Part shown: in pieces, positions 49,177 through 58,661 of the stretch
Position numbering within the stretch: position 1 is the stretch's first letter
How the letters are laid out: each line of letters begins with the position of its first letter
NCBI GenBank assembly: GCA_029263195.1
Contig: JAJCXX010000025.1
Span: 31,540-95,539 of the forward strand
DNA from: Acidimicrobiales bacterium
GTDB lineage: Bacteria > Actinomycetota > Acidimicrobiia > Acidimicrobiales > Aldehydirespiratoraceae
Length of the DNA stretch: 64,000 nt
Reading direction: 5' to 3'
Translations under genes and position numbers: made by a program
Notes under the pieces: generated by a model
Told to the model about the DNA's origin: nothing
What the model saw: only the letters and a program-made list of their open reading frames with translations
The model's database searches: none

Positions 49177-50642
49177 CTCACACTCCGCTCGGTGCGCACT
49201 CGGAATCTATCCCCACGATGGTCTCCCACGACGACCATCCCCACGAGGAATGCGGAGTGGTCGGGATCTACGCACCGGGCCAGGAGGCGGCGAGGTTGGC
49301 CTTCTTCGCCATACACGCACTGCAGCATCGCGGCCAGGAAGCCGCTGGCATCGCCAGCTGCAAGGACGGGGTCGCCCACATCCACAAGGGCCAGGGCCTC
49401 GTCAGCAGTGTGTTCAACGAGGACAACCTGTCGACCCTGCAGGGACACCTCGCAATCGGTCACACTCGCTACTCCACTACGGGCGGATCGGGCATTCGCA
49501 ATGCCCAGCCCCAAGTCATCGAGACGATCGACGGGCCGTTCGGGGTGGCCCACAACGGCAATCTCGTCAATGCCCCCCAGCTCCGACGCGAGCTCCTGGA
49601 GAGGGGCATCGGCCTTCAGACCTCTTCGGACACCGAGGTCATCGTTCAGATGCTCGCCGGGGCCGGCGGCGACTGGCTGTCGAGAATCAGGGTCCTGATG
49701 AGCAGGGCCGAAGGAGCCTTCGCCCTCACCATCCTCACTCGCGATGCGGTCTACGGGGTCCGCGACCCGTGGGGATTTCGGCCGCTGGCGATCGGCGAAA
49801 TCGACGGTGGCCATGTCCTGGTTTCCGAGACGTGCGCCTTCTCGACCATCGGCGCCCGGTTCGTACGTGAGGTCGAGCCCGGTGAGATTGTGAAGCTGTC
49901 CGACGAAGGTCTTCACGTCGAGCAGGGTGCTGTCCCCAAGAAACGGGCCTTCTGCACCTTCGAGCAGATCTACTTCTCTCGTCCCGACAGCATCCATGTC
50001 GGCAACCTCGTCCACTCGACCCGGCAGCGCCTCGGACGTGAGCTCGCCCGCGAATCGCCGATCGAGGCCGACCTGGTCGTGCCGGTACCCGATTCGGGAA
50101 CGCCACATGCGGTTGGATTCGCCCAGGAGTCGGGAATCCCATACACCGAAGGTCTCATCAAGAATCGCTATGTGGGTCGGACCTTCATCGAGCCGACGCA
50201 GCAACTCCGCGACGCCGGGGTGGCCATGAAGTTCAACCCGCTCGGCGACAACCTGTTCGGTAAACGGGTGGTGATGGTCGACGACTCGATCGTGAGGGGA
50301 ACCACCAGCGGCCCGCTGGTGGCGATGCTGCGAGACGCCGGAGCGACCGAGGTTCACGTGCGCGTGGCGTGCCCCGCGATCACCGATCCTTGCTACATGG
50401 GTGTCGACATGGCCTCTAGTGAAGATCTCATTGCCGGCCAGAAATCCGTCGAGGAGATACGTCAACACATCGGCGCCGACTCGCTGGCCTTCTTGTCGAT
50501 CGAAGCCCTGATGAGTGCACTGGATGCCGATGAGGGCTACTGCAACGCGTGTTTCACGGGCATCTACCCATTTGAGTCCGAGCGATTCGTACAACTCCGG
50601 CTCAGCCCCAAGGAACAATTTGCCCAGGTCTGGGGCGACTGA
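49173..50642 (+). CDS. purF: amidophosphoribosyltransferase PurF
   Basis: Ntn nucleophile context HEECGVVGIY, the PRPP loop VMVDDSIVRGTT and C-terminal Cys residues for an Fe-S cluster. Confidence 0.95.
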   Translation: MTHTPLGAHSESIPTMVSHDDHPHEECGVVGIYAPGQEAARLAFFAIHALQHRGQEAAGIASCKDGVAHIHKGQGLVSSVFNEDNLSTLQGHLAIGHTRYSTTGGSGIRNAQPQVIETIDGPFGVAHNGNLVNAPQLRRELLERGIGLQTSSDTEVIVQMLAGAGGDWLSRIRVLMSRAEGAFALTILTRDAVYGVRDPWGFRPLAIGEIDGGHVLVSETCAFSTIGARFVREVEPGEIVKLSDEGLHVEQGAVPKKRAFCTFEQIYFSRPDSIHVGNLVHSTRQRLGRELARESPIEADLVVPVPDSGTPHAVGFAQESGIPYTEGLIKNRYVGRTFIEPTQQLRDAGVAMKFNPLGDNLFGKRVVMVDDSIVRGTTSGPLVAMLRDAGATEVHVRVACPAITDPCYMGVDMASSEDLIAGQKSVEEIRQHIGADSLAFLSIEALMSALDADEGYCNACFTGIYPFESERFVQLRLSPKEQFAQVWGD

Positions 50643-50648
50643 ACCGGC

Positions 50649-51947
50649 ATGAACACGACCGGTTCGAGAATTCTGCTGGTCGGAGGAGGAGGTCGCGAGC
50701 ACGCCCTGGCGTGGCGCTTGGCGGCCTCTGATCGGGTTCATGAAGTCTTGGTCGGCCCGGGAAACGCCGGCACCGCCTCCACCCGTAGTTGCAGCAACAT
50801 TGCACTCGACACGTCTGATGTCGGAGCGATTGTCGCCGCCGCTCGTTCATGCTCGGCAGATCTTGTGGTCGTAGGGCCCGAAGGGCCGCTCGTAGCCGGA
50901 GCCGTCGACGCTCTCGGCCGCGAGGGGATAGCTGCATTCGGGCCGTCGGCCGCGGCAGCGCAGCTCGAAGGCTCAAAGGTTCACTGCAAAGAGTTCCTGC
51001 TGCGTCACGGCGTACCGACCGCCGTGGCCACGTCGTTCACCGACGCCGACGCTGCTCTGGCCGGGCTCCGACAATTCGATCAGCCTCCAGTAGTGAAGGC
51101 CAGTGGGCTGGCAGCCGGCAAGGGCGTGATCGTGGCCGAAACATTCGAGGACGCCGCCGCGGCAATCGAGTCGATACTCCTCGATCATCGCTTCGGCGAT
51201 GCCGGAGCCGAGGTTCTGCTCGAACAGCGGCTCCATGGCACCGAAGTGTCGGTTCTCGCCTTCTGTGACGGTGAGCGATTTGCTCTCATGCCGCCGGCCC
51301 AGGACCACAAGCGACTGCTGGTCGGCGATCTCGGACCGAATACGGGAGGCATGGGAGCGTTCGTGCCATCACCGCTAACCAGCCCCGCACTCCTCGACCA
51401 GGTCACCAACGAGGTCTTCGCCCCGACGCTTGCGGGCATGGCCCAGGAGGGCACTCCATACCGGGGGGCGCTCTACGCCGGGTTGATGCTCACCGACGAT
51501 GGTCCGAAGGTCATCGAATTCAACTGTCGGTTCGGGGACCCCGAGACCCAGGTGGTGATGCCACTGCTGGAGTCCGATCCGCTCGAGTTGTTCGAGGCAT
51601 GCGCATACGGCTCGCTCGACGACGTCGAGGCCCACTGGTCAGCCGACGCTGCGGCGACCGTCGTGATGGCTTCGGAGGGCTACCCCGATTCTGGGTCTCC
51701 ATCGGTGCGAATCAGTGGTCTGTCCGATGCCGCTGCCGATGGTTGCGTCGTGTTTCACGCCGGCACCAGACTCGGCGTCGACGGCGAGGTCTTTTCCGCC
51801 GGCGGTCGCGTCCTGGCGGTGACCGCCGTGGCCCCTGATCTTGCTTCCGCCGCGGCATCGGCCCATGAAGGCCTATCCAGAATCAGTTTCGCGGGAGCCC
51901 AACACAGAGACGACATAGCACTGGCGACAGCCGAGGTGAAGCAATGA
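50649..51947 (+). CDS. purD: phosphoribosylamine--glycine ligase PurD
   Basis: ILLVGGGGREHALAW and an ATP-grasp body with VIEFNCRFGDPETQ. Confidence 0.93.
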   Translation: MNTTGSRILLVGGGGREHALAWRLAASDRVHEVLVGPGNAGTASTRSCSNIALDTSDVGAIVAAARSCSADLVVVGPEGPLVAGAVDALGREGIAAFGPSAAAAQLEGSKVHCKEFLLRHGVPTAVATSFTDADAALAGLRQFDQPPVVKASGLAAGKGVIVAETFEDAAAAIESILLDHRFGDAGAEVLLEQRLHGTEVSVLAFCDGERFALMPPAQDHKRLLVGDLGPNTGGMGAFVPSPLTSPALLDQVTNEVFAPTLAGMAQEGTPYRGALYAGLMLTDDGPKVIEFNCRFGDPETQVVMPLLESDPLELFEACAYGSLDDVEAHWSADAAATVVMASEGYPDSGSPSVRISGLSDAAADGCVVFHAGTRLGVDGEVFSAGGRVLAVTAVAPDLASAAASAHEGLSRISFAGAQHRDDIALATAEVKQ

Positions 51948-52945
51948 CCAGCTACCGCGAGGCTGGGGTCGACATCGACGCCGGCAATCAGACAGTGAAG
52001 ATACTCTCGGAGGTCGTGAAGTCGACCATGACCCCTCCGGTTCTGTCCGAGTTGGGAGCCTTCGGAGGCCTGTTCGCGGCCGACGCGCTCGGGCCGGGCA
52101 AGATCTTGGTGGCATCGACCGATGGGGTCGGAACCAAGGTCGAGCTGGCGGCACGTCACGGTGCTTGGCGCGGCGTCGGAACCGACCTTGTCAACCACTG
52201 CATCGACGACATCCTGGTTCAGGGGGCTCGACCGCTCTTCTTTCTCGACTACATCGCCACCGCCAAGCTCGTGCCCGAGATAGTGGCCGAAATCGTCACC
52301 GGCATGGCCGACGCCTGCCGCGACTCGGGATGCGCGCTTCTCGGAGGCGAAACGGCCGAGATGCCGGGCGTCTACACCCCGGGGGCGGTCGACATCGCCG
52401 GCACCATCGTCGGGGTTGTCGACCGAACCGACCTATGGCCCCGAACTGCTGATATCGCGGCCGGCGACCTCCTGATCGGGCTGCCGAGCTCAGGCCCTCA
52501 CACCAACGGCTATTCGCTGATCCGCAAGCTCCTCGACGACAACACCGCCGACGGGACGATGATCGATTCCCTGTTGAAGCCCCACCGGAGCTACATCGAT
52601 GATGTCGACGCTCTTGTGGGAGGCGGTGTCGATCCACTGGCCCTGGCGCACATCACCGGTGGTGGTCTGTTCGAGAATGTGCCTCGGGTATTGCCCGATC
52701 GTCTGGGTGCGTCATTTGCCCTTGGATCCTGGGAGGTGCCCGAGTTGTTCCGTACGCTCGCATCGTGGTCGGGCATGCCCGACTCCGAATTGTTCCGGGT
52801 GTGGAACATGGGGATCGGTCTCGTGGTGGTCATCAGACCCCACGACGCTGACGCGGCAGAGCAACTTGGCTGCCCGGTGATCGGCAAGCTTGTCAATCGC
52901 TCGGAGGGCCAGCCAGGAGTTGTGCTGGAGGGGAACTGGCGGTGA
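51944..52945 (+). CDS. purM: phosphoribosylformylglycinamidine cyclo-ligase PurM
   Basis: YREAGVDIDAGN, STDGVGTK and HITGGG. ATGA overlap. Confidence 0.95.
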   Translation: MTSYREAGVDIDAGNQTVKILSEVVKSTMTPPVLSELGAFGGLFAADALGPGKILVASTDGVGTKVELAARHGAWRGVGTDLVNHCIDDILVQGARPLFFLDYIATAKLVPEIVAEIVTGMADACRDSGCALLGGETAEMPGVYTPGAVDIAGTIVGVVDRTDLWPRTADIAAGDLLIGLPSSGPHTNGYSLIRKLLDDNTADGTMIDSLLKPHRSYIDDVDALVGGGVDPLALAHITGGGLFENVPRVLPDRLGASFALGSWEVPELFRTLASWSGMPDSELFRVWNMGIGLVVVIRPHDADAAEQLGCPVIGKLVNRSEGQPGVVLEGNWR

Positions 52946-53556
52946 CGGCCCGACTCGTCGTGCTGGCATCAGGATCCGGAACGAACCTCCAGTCGCTAAT
53001 CGATGCGTATGCGCAGGGCAGCCTGGATGCTGAAGTCGTGCACGTCGTGTCCGATCGCGCCGAAGCGTTTGCCCTCGAGAGAGCTCGGCGGTCCGGAATC
53101 AGCAGCGAGTGTCGTTCGCCGGCGACGCTCTCGAACGAATCCATCGATCGTGGAGGGGCGCGTCGTGCCTACGACTCGGAGCTGGCTCGCTCGGTGGCCG
53201 ATCTGCGGCCCGATCTCGTGGTGCTCGCCGGCTGGATGCGACTGCTCACATCGGAATTTCTCGACAAGTTCCCCGACCGGGTGATCAATCTCCACCCGGC
53301 CCTGCCCGGGAGATTTCCGGGAGCCCATGCCATCGACGACGCATGGGAGGCTCACCAGTCGGTCGGTCTCGACCACACCGGGGTGATGGTGCACATGGTG
53401 CCCGACGAAGGCATCGACAACGGACCGGTGGTAGCCACCCAGCAAGTCGACATACTCGACACCGACACTCGGGCTTCGCTCGAAGAACGTATTCACGAGG
53501 CCGAGCACGAACTGTTGACGAGGGCGATATCTGAGCTGATCGCAGGGAACGAATGA
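52942..53556 (+). CDS. purN: phosphoribosylglycinamide formyltransferase PurN
   Basis: VLASGSGTNLQ, INLHPALPGRFPG and DEGIDNGPV. GTGA overlap. Confidence 0.92.
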   Translation: MTARLVVLASGSGTNLQSLIDAYAQGSLDAEVVHVVSDRAEAFALERARRSGISSECRSPATLSNESIDRGGARRAYDSELARSVADLRPDLVVLAGWMRLLTSEFLDKFPDRVINLHPALPGRFPGAHAIDDAWEAHQSVGLDHTGVMVHMVPDEGIDNGPVVATQQVDILDTDTRASLEERIHEAEHELLTRAISELIAGNE

Positions 53557-54467
53557 GCACCGAAGACAGCGAGACACTCGATCCTTCATCCGGCGTCGGC
53601 CTCTGGGTGGCGGGAGCCCGGCTGCGCACCCTGCCGGCGGCGGTCGTGCCGGTGGCGGTGGGTGCGGCCGTAGCGGTCGGGCAGGGCCCCGACACCGCAT
53701 GGTGGCGGGCTGGAGCCGCCCTGGTCGTGGCGTTGGCCATGCAGATAGGGGTCAACTACGCCAACGACTATTCCGACGGAATCCGGGGAACCGACGGTGG
53801 AGCGAGAGTCGGGCCGATTCGTCTCGTGGGATCAGGGCTGGTGTCGGCTTCGAGTGTGAAGCGCGCCGCCATGGTCGCCTTCGGACTCGCTGGTGTGGCG
53901 GGGGCGACCCTGGCGGTGACGGTCGGGCCAGAGCTGTTCGCGGTCGGCGCCCTTTGCATTCTCGCCGGCTGGACCTACACCGGTGGCCCCCGGCCCTACG
54001 GATACTTGGGCCTTGGCGAGGTCTTCGTCTTCGTGTTCTTCGGAGTCGTCGCGACCGTGGGAACCACCTACGTGTTGATTGAGGACATCAGCGGGCTGGC
54101 GGTGGCGTGCAGCTTCAGTGTGGGGCTCTGGGCAACCGCGCTGCTGGTGATCAACAATCTCCGCGACATTCCTGGCGATTCCGCCTCAGGAAAGCGGACC
54201 TTGGCGGTCAGGATCGGCGACAGGAGGACCAGGATCGTATTTGTGGCCATGCAGTACTCGGCGTTCGCCATCGCGATCGGGGTCAACATGTCGACCGGTC
54301 GGGGCGCAGCTGCCGCGGTGATCGGAATTCCGTTCTCCGTTGGCGCGATGCGCCGAGTGGCCCGGGGAACCACCGGAGCAGGCTTGATACCGGTGCTCGG
54401 GGCGACGGGGCGAGCCCAGTTGGTGTCGGGTCTGGCTATGGCGGCCGGGTTGGCGCTCACCGGCTAG
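53553..54467 (+). CDS. menA: 1,4-dihydroxy-2-naphthoate polyprenyltransferase MenA (UbiA family)
   Basis: UbiA motif NDYSDGIRGTD, polytopic, with a second D-rich loop NNLRDIPGD. ATGA overlap with purN. Confidence 0.82.
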   Translation: MSTEDSETLDPSSGVGLWVAGARLRTLPAAVVPVAVGAAVAVGQGPDTAWWRAGAALVVALAMQIGVNYANDYSDGIRGTDGGARVGPIRLVGSGLVSASSVKRAAMVAFGLAGVAGATLAVTVGPELFAVGALCILAGWTYTGGPRPYGYLGLGEVFVFVFFGVVATVGTTYVLIEDISGLAVACSFSVGLWATALLVINNLRDIPGDSASGKRTLAVRIGDRRTRIVFVAMQYSAFAIAIGVNMSTGRGAAAAVIGIPFSVGAMRRVARGTTGAGLIPVLGATGRAQLVSGLAMAAGLALTG

Positions 54468-54501
54468 GCGGATCCCCGCGGTGGGGAGCGCCTGAGTCGA
54501 A

Positions 54502-54852
54502 TCAGAGCGTCTGGTTGAGCTCGACTTGATTGCCGGCCGGATCGTCGAAGAAGGCCTGGAGGCACACGCCGGCTAGGTCCCTGGGTTCGCTCACCTCGAC
54601 GCCTCGGCTTCGAACCTCGGACACTGCCGCGTGGATGTCGTCGACTCTGAGCGCGAAGTGCGGACCGCGTTCCGTGGGCACTGGCGCTTCGATCAGGTGA
54701 AGTTGCTGGGGGCCCATCTGTAGCCAAGCCCCCCCGATTCCGAGGTCGGGACGCGGTATCCGACTGAAACCGAGCAGGTCGACGTAGAAGCGTGTGCATC
54801 CCTCGACATCATCGACGTTGATTGAGATGTGGTGCACTCCTGACTCGAACAT
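54502..54852 (-). CDS. VOC (glyoxalase/bleomycin resistance/dioxygenase) family protein
   Basis: 116 aa. HHISINVDDVEGCTRFYVDLLGF and FFDDPAGNQVEL. Confidence 0.8.
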   Translation of the reverse strand: MFESGVHHISINVDDVEGCTRFYVDLLGFSRIPRPDLGIGGAWLQMGPQQLHLIEAPVPTERGPHFALRVDDIHAAVSEVRSRGVEVSEPRDLAGVCLQAFFDDPAGNQVELNQTL

Positions 54853-54861
54853 TGGTGCAGA

Positions 54862-55542
54862 CTAGTGGCCGCGTGTGGCGGTGATCAGCTGTGCCCCGAC
54901 GAACAGACGACGCTCTACGTCGGTGAATCCGGCCGAACTGATCTGGGCTGCCATCACCGACCACTCCGGCATGTAAGCAAGAGACTTGGGTAGGTAGCGG
55001 TAGGCCTCGCGGTCGGATAGCAGGCCTCCGATCATCGGCACGATTCGGCCAAAGTACACGCCATGACCCGCGCGGAGAACCCGATTCTCGGGCTGAGCTG
55101 CATCGAGTAGAGATATGCGTCCTCCCGGTCGAACCACACGTGCGAGCTCCTCGAAAAACCCTGGCAACTCCACCAGATTGCGGAGCGCGAAGCCACAGGT
55201 TGCGCCGTCGGCAGCCGCGTCGGGCAGGGGCATGCTCAAAATGTCGGCGTGCACCAGCGGGGCAGTCGTTCGGGCGGCGCTGAGCATCCCCATCGACAAG
55301 TCGACGCCAACCGGCACGATTCCGTGACGTTGCAGACCTCGACAGAAGTCGCCGGTGCCGCAGGCCAGGTCGAGAACAACGGAGCCGCCGGGAAGACCGA
55401 GATCGCTGATCGCCTTTCGCCTCCACCTGGTGTCGAGGCCGAACGTCATCACCCGGTTGACGAGGTCGTATCGAGGGGCGATCGAATCGAACATCGATCT
55501 GACGGCCCGCCGCTTCTCATCGCCGGTGGGCAGATCGTTCAC
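54862..55542 (-). CDS. menG: demethylmenaquinone methyltransferase (MenG/UbiE family)
   Basis: FDSIAPRYDLVNRVMTFG, the SAM motif VLDLACGTGD and FALRN. Confidence 0.88.
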   Translation of the reverse strand: MNDLPTGDEKRRAVRSMFDSIAPRYDLVNRVMTFGLDTRWRRKAISDLGLPGGSVVLDLACGTGDFCRGLQRHGIVPVGVDLSMGMLSAARTTAPLVHADILSMPLPDAAADGATCGFALRNLVELPGFFEELARVVRPGGRISLLDAAQPENRVLRAGHGVYFGRIVPMIGGLLSDREAYRYLPKSLAYMPEWSVMAAQISSAGFTDVERRLFVGAQLITATRGH

Positions 55543-55940
55543 TTGAACCAGATGCGCTGATAGGACGAACTCATCGGGTGGAGAAGAAGGGCGACAAGTG
55601 CTACCTCGAACATCAGATTGATCGGGTTTCCGAAGGCTGTCGAGAGACCATCGGTCAGCACGAATCCGACGGTGACCGCCAACGGAGCCACTGCTGCTGC
55701 GACGCCTACCTGGTAGCCCAGCTTCTTCTCGTTGGCGATGCCGTAGGCGCCGGCAACCATTCCGAGGGTGACCAAGAGAATGAAGATCGTGCCGAGGAAT
55801 CGCGATCCGAACAGACTCACCCGGCCCACCGCGAACAGGCCACCGAAGAGAATGGCCATCGCTCCATTGAAGTACATCAGAATCTGAGCGATGTACAGGG
55901 TCTGCGGTTGGCGGTTGTTTACCCAGATCCGTTCGTTCAT
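55539..55940 (-). CDS. hypothetical integral membrane protein
   Basis: 133 aa with four hydrophobic segments. 4-nt overlap with menG. Confidence 0.55.
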   Translation of the reverse strand: MNERIWVNNRQPQTLYIAQILMYFNGAMAILFGGLFAVGRVSLFGSRFLGTIFILLVTLGMVAGAYGIANEKKLGYQVGVAAAVAPLAVTVGFVLTDGLSTAFGNPINLMFEVALVALLLHPMSSSYQRIWFK

Positions 55941-55985
55941 GTCAACCAGTATGGACCCGTGAATGGCTGCAGCCTCACCGGCTGG

Positions 55986-57059
55986 TCAACCGAGTCGACG
56001 GGGATCCAGGATCTGGCGGCTGGCCCGGAGTTGGCCGCAGGCGGCGTCGATCTCGGTGCCGCGATTGCGGCGCACGGTGGCGTTGATGCCGAGCTGTTCG
56101 AGTTGATCACAGAATCCGTCGACTCCGGCGCGAGAGGTGCCTTTCGTCGGGTACCCAGGGGTTGGGTTCAGCGGAATCAGATTGACGTGGGCGCGAAGTC
56201 GGTGACACAGCACCGCCAACTCTCTCGCGTCGGAATCCCGATCGTTGACTCCCTCTATCAACGCCCATTCGAAGGAGATTCGGCGATTCTTCGCGGCGAG
56301 GTAACGCTCACAGGCTCGAACGAGCTCCTCGATCGGGTAACGGCGGTTGACCGGCACCAGCTCATTGCGGAGGGTGTCGTTGGCAGCATGGAGAGAGACG
56401 GCGAGATTGACGGGAAGCGCCTCATCTCCCAGCCGGTCGATGCCGGGAATCACCCCCACCGTGGACACGGTGATATGCCTGGCGGAGATCCCGATATCGC
56501 CGTGGATGCGTTCGACCGCGGCCCACATGCGGTCGTAGTTCGCCATGGGTTCGCCCATACCCATGAACACGACGTTGGAGACACGTCGGGGAGCGGAGGT
56601 GACTCGGGCCCGAGCTACCTGTTCGACGATCTCGCCCACAGAAAGTTGGCGATCGAATCCACTCTGCCCGGTGGCGCAGAAGCCGCAGGCCATGGCGCAG
56701 CCGGCCTGGGTGGAGACACACACGGTCGTGCGATCGCGGTAGTGCATCAGCACCGTTTCGATGGTGCGACCGTCGTGGAGGCGCCACAGCCACTTCACGG
56801 TCTGGCCATCGCGACTCACCGACTCGGCGGCCGGTTCGAGCGCCGACGGGAGCAGCTCGACGAGGGTCGAACGAAGCGCCTTGGGGATGTCGGTGAGATC
56901 TTCGAGCGGCGCACCGCGCTCGTAGAGACCGCGCCACACCTGATCGATCCTGTAGCGGGGCTGGCCCTCGAGAAACGCTTCGAGTTCGACGCGCGTCGGG
57001 TCGTATCGAAGAACGGGAGCGTCGACGCTGTGACGCCCAACTACCTGGATGTTGGTCAT
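55986..57059 (-). CDS. rlmN: 23S rRNA/tRNA (adenine-C2)-methyltransferase RlmN (radical SAM)
   Basis: Radical SAM cluster in GCAMACGFCATG, MGMGEP, and the C-terminal catalytic-Cys context DAACGQL. Confidence 0.95.
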   Translation of the reverse strand: MTNIQVVGRHSVDAPVLRYDPTRVELEAFLEGQPRYRIDQVWRGLYERGAPLEDLTDIPKALRSTLVELLPSALEPAAESVSRDGQTVKWLWRLHDGRTIETVLMHYRDRTTVCVSTQAGCAMACGFCATGQSGFDRQLSVGEIVEQVARARVTSAPRRVSNVVFMGMGEPMANYDRMWAAVERIHGDIGISARHITVSTVGVIPGIDRLGDEALPVNLAVSLHAANDTLRNELVPVNRRYPIEELVRACERYLAAKNRRISFEWALIEGVNDRDSDARELAVLCHRLRAHVNLIPLNPTPGYPTKGTSRAGVDGFCDQLEQLGINATVRRNRGTEIDAACGQLRASRQILDPRRLG

Positions 57060-57739
57060 GATCTCGTCAGTCGGTAGGCGCGGTCGGTGTGGTGTTGAGT
57101 GAACCCGAGTCGGGCGTAGACAGCATTGGCTGGGGCATTGTCACTCTCGACGTAGAGCATCCCGTCGTAGATCCCCTGGCCGCAGAGCCACTCCAGACCG
57201 GCCAGTGTCATCGGACCTCCCAGACCGCGTCCGTGGAAGTCAGGGTCGAGGGCGATGACGTAGATCTCCCCGAGCTTGGGGCTGGTGTCGGCGTGGATCT
57301 TGGTCCAGCAGAACCCGGCGAGGTGATCGTCGATATGGAGCAGACGAAGTCCCTCTGGATCGAACCACGGCTCGGTCATGTCTGCTCGAAGCGAGGCCTC
57401 GGTCATGCCGCCCTGCTCGGGATGCCAATGGAAGGCGCGGTTGTTGACATTGATCAGTTCCGTGATGTCGTCGTCGATGAGGCCTCTGGTGACGAGATCG
57501 GACGGAGCCGCGGGGAGGAGGCGTCGGAGCTGCCAGAGATCGCGGTAGGGCACAAAGCCGGCCAAGACGGCCGAGTGGTGGCTCACCGGATCGACATGGT
57601 GCAACCAGAGCTGAATAGTGCCGCCGGGGCAATCGTTCACCGCCGCTCGCAGGTCGGATGCGAGATCCGATGAGTCGGCGGGCTCGGTGACGTCGACAAG
57701 CCACATGTCCTCGCCCTCGGATGGTCCGGTGATTTGCAT
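57056..57739 (-). CDS. GNAT acetyltransferase, mycothiol synthase (MshD)-like with shortened N-terminal domain
   Basis: VNNRAFHWHPEQGGMT, GFCWTKIH, GEIYVIALDPDFHGRGLG and MLYVESDNAPANAVYARLGF. Start is uncertain among 57739, 57706 and 57829; 57829 would overlap nth. Confidence 0.62.
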   Translation of the reverse strand: MQITGPSEGEDMWLVDVTEPADSSDLASDLRAAVNDCPGGTIQLWLHHVDPVSHHSAVLAGFVPYRDLWQLRRLLPAAPSDLVTRGLIDDDITELINVNNRAFHWHPEQGGMTEASLRADMTEPWFDPEGLRLLHIDDHLAGFCWTKIHADTSPKLGEIYVIALDPDFHGRGLGGPMTLAGLEWLCGQGIYDGMLYVESDNAPANAVYARLGFTQHHTDRAYRLTRS

Positions 57740-57806
57740 TGTCACCAATGGAGAATATCCACTGAGCGGAGCGGTGGACCCCAAGCGGCGTCGATAGTGT
57801 CCGGAC

Positions 57807-58448
57807 ATGGCCAGACCGAGAACACCCAACGGACGTGCCAGGCGAGCAAATGAGCGCTTGACCCTGGAGTACCCCGAGGCTGAGTGCGAGCTCGATCATG
57901 AAGACGCGTTCCAGCTACTCGCCGCGACCATCCTCTCGGCTCAGTCAACCGATGTGGGAGTCAACAAGGCCACACCCGGGCTGTTCGCCCGGTTCCCCGA
58001 CGCGTGGAGCTTGTCGGAGGTCAATCCCGAGGATGTCGAACCCCTCGTCGACACGATCGGGCTGTTTCGCCAGAAGTCGAAGAGTCTCGTGGGAATGGCT
58101 CGGATGCTCGTCGAGGACTACGAAGGCGAGGTGCCATCGGCGATGGCCGACCTTGTACGGCTGCCTGGCGTGGGCCGCAAGACGGCCAATGTCGTGCGCA
58201 GCGTCGCCCTCGGACAGCCTGGGCTTCCGGTCGATACCCACGTCAAACGTCTGAGTAATCTGCTCGGCCTCACCACCGAGACCGATCCGGTGAAGATCGA
58301 AATGGAGCTCAATCCGATGGTGCCGGCGGCCGAACGAGGCGACTTCAGTCTTCGACTCATCTTGCATGGACGCCGGGTCTGTTCGGCCCGTGCTCCCAGT
58401 TGCGGTGAATGTGTCCTGAACGACTTCTGTCCCTCATCTCGGATTTGA
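57807..58448 (+). CDS. nth: endonuclease III Nth
   Basis: HhH-GPD motif LPGVGRKTANVV and the Fe-S loop CSARAPSCGECVLNDFC. Confidence 0.93.
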   Translation: MARPRTPNGRARRANERLTLEYPEAECELDHEDAFQLLAATILSAQSTDVGVNKATPGLFARFPDAWSLSEVNPEDVEPLVDTIGLFRQKSKSLVGMARMLVEDYEGEVPSAMADLVRLPGVGRKTANVVRSVALGQPGLPVDTHVKRLSNLLGLTTETDPVKIEMELNPMVPAAERGDFSLRLILHGRRVCSARAPSCGECVLNDFCPSSRI

Positions 58449-58582
58449 CCGTACTTTTCCGAGAATTTTCCCCCATAGAACGATTATTGGTAACTCATCA
58501 CAAATTTAGTGCAAAGGGAGGATGCGCGACGCGCCCCTCTCGGGCTATATTGTGCTTACGGCCGGGCTCCCGCCGCTCGGCC

Positions 58583-58618
58583 GAAAATGGTGACACGAGG
58601 GATCCGCCGCCCTGTGTC
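58583..58618 (-). terminator. possible intrinsic terminator (minus strand) for the small ORF 58683-58874
   Basis: The minus-strand RNA reads GACACAGGG-CGGCGGAU-CCC(U)CGUGUC followed by ACCAUUUUC. The U-tract is short. Confidence 0.35.
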
Positions 58619-58622
58619 GCCG

Positions 58623-58661
58623 GCGGCCGTCTCCTTCACGGAGGCGGCCGCTTTCCTTTTC
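58623..58661 (+). terminator. intrinsic terminator (plus strand)
   Basis: 12-bp stem GCGGCCGTCTCC / GGAGGCGGCCGC (one G-U pair) with loop TTCAC, followed by tttccttttc. Confidence 0.55.

Noticed and set aside
49125-50741. 538-aa minus-strand ORF antisense to purF
   Set aside because: Shadow ORF opposite a clearly recognisable PurF. The same reasoning applies to 37422-38855, 45691-46845, 6922-7959, 11568-12482 and 63438-63992.
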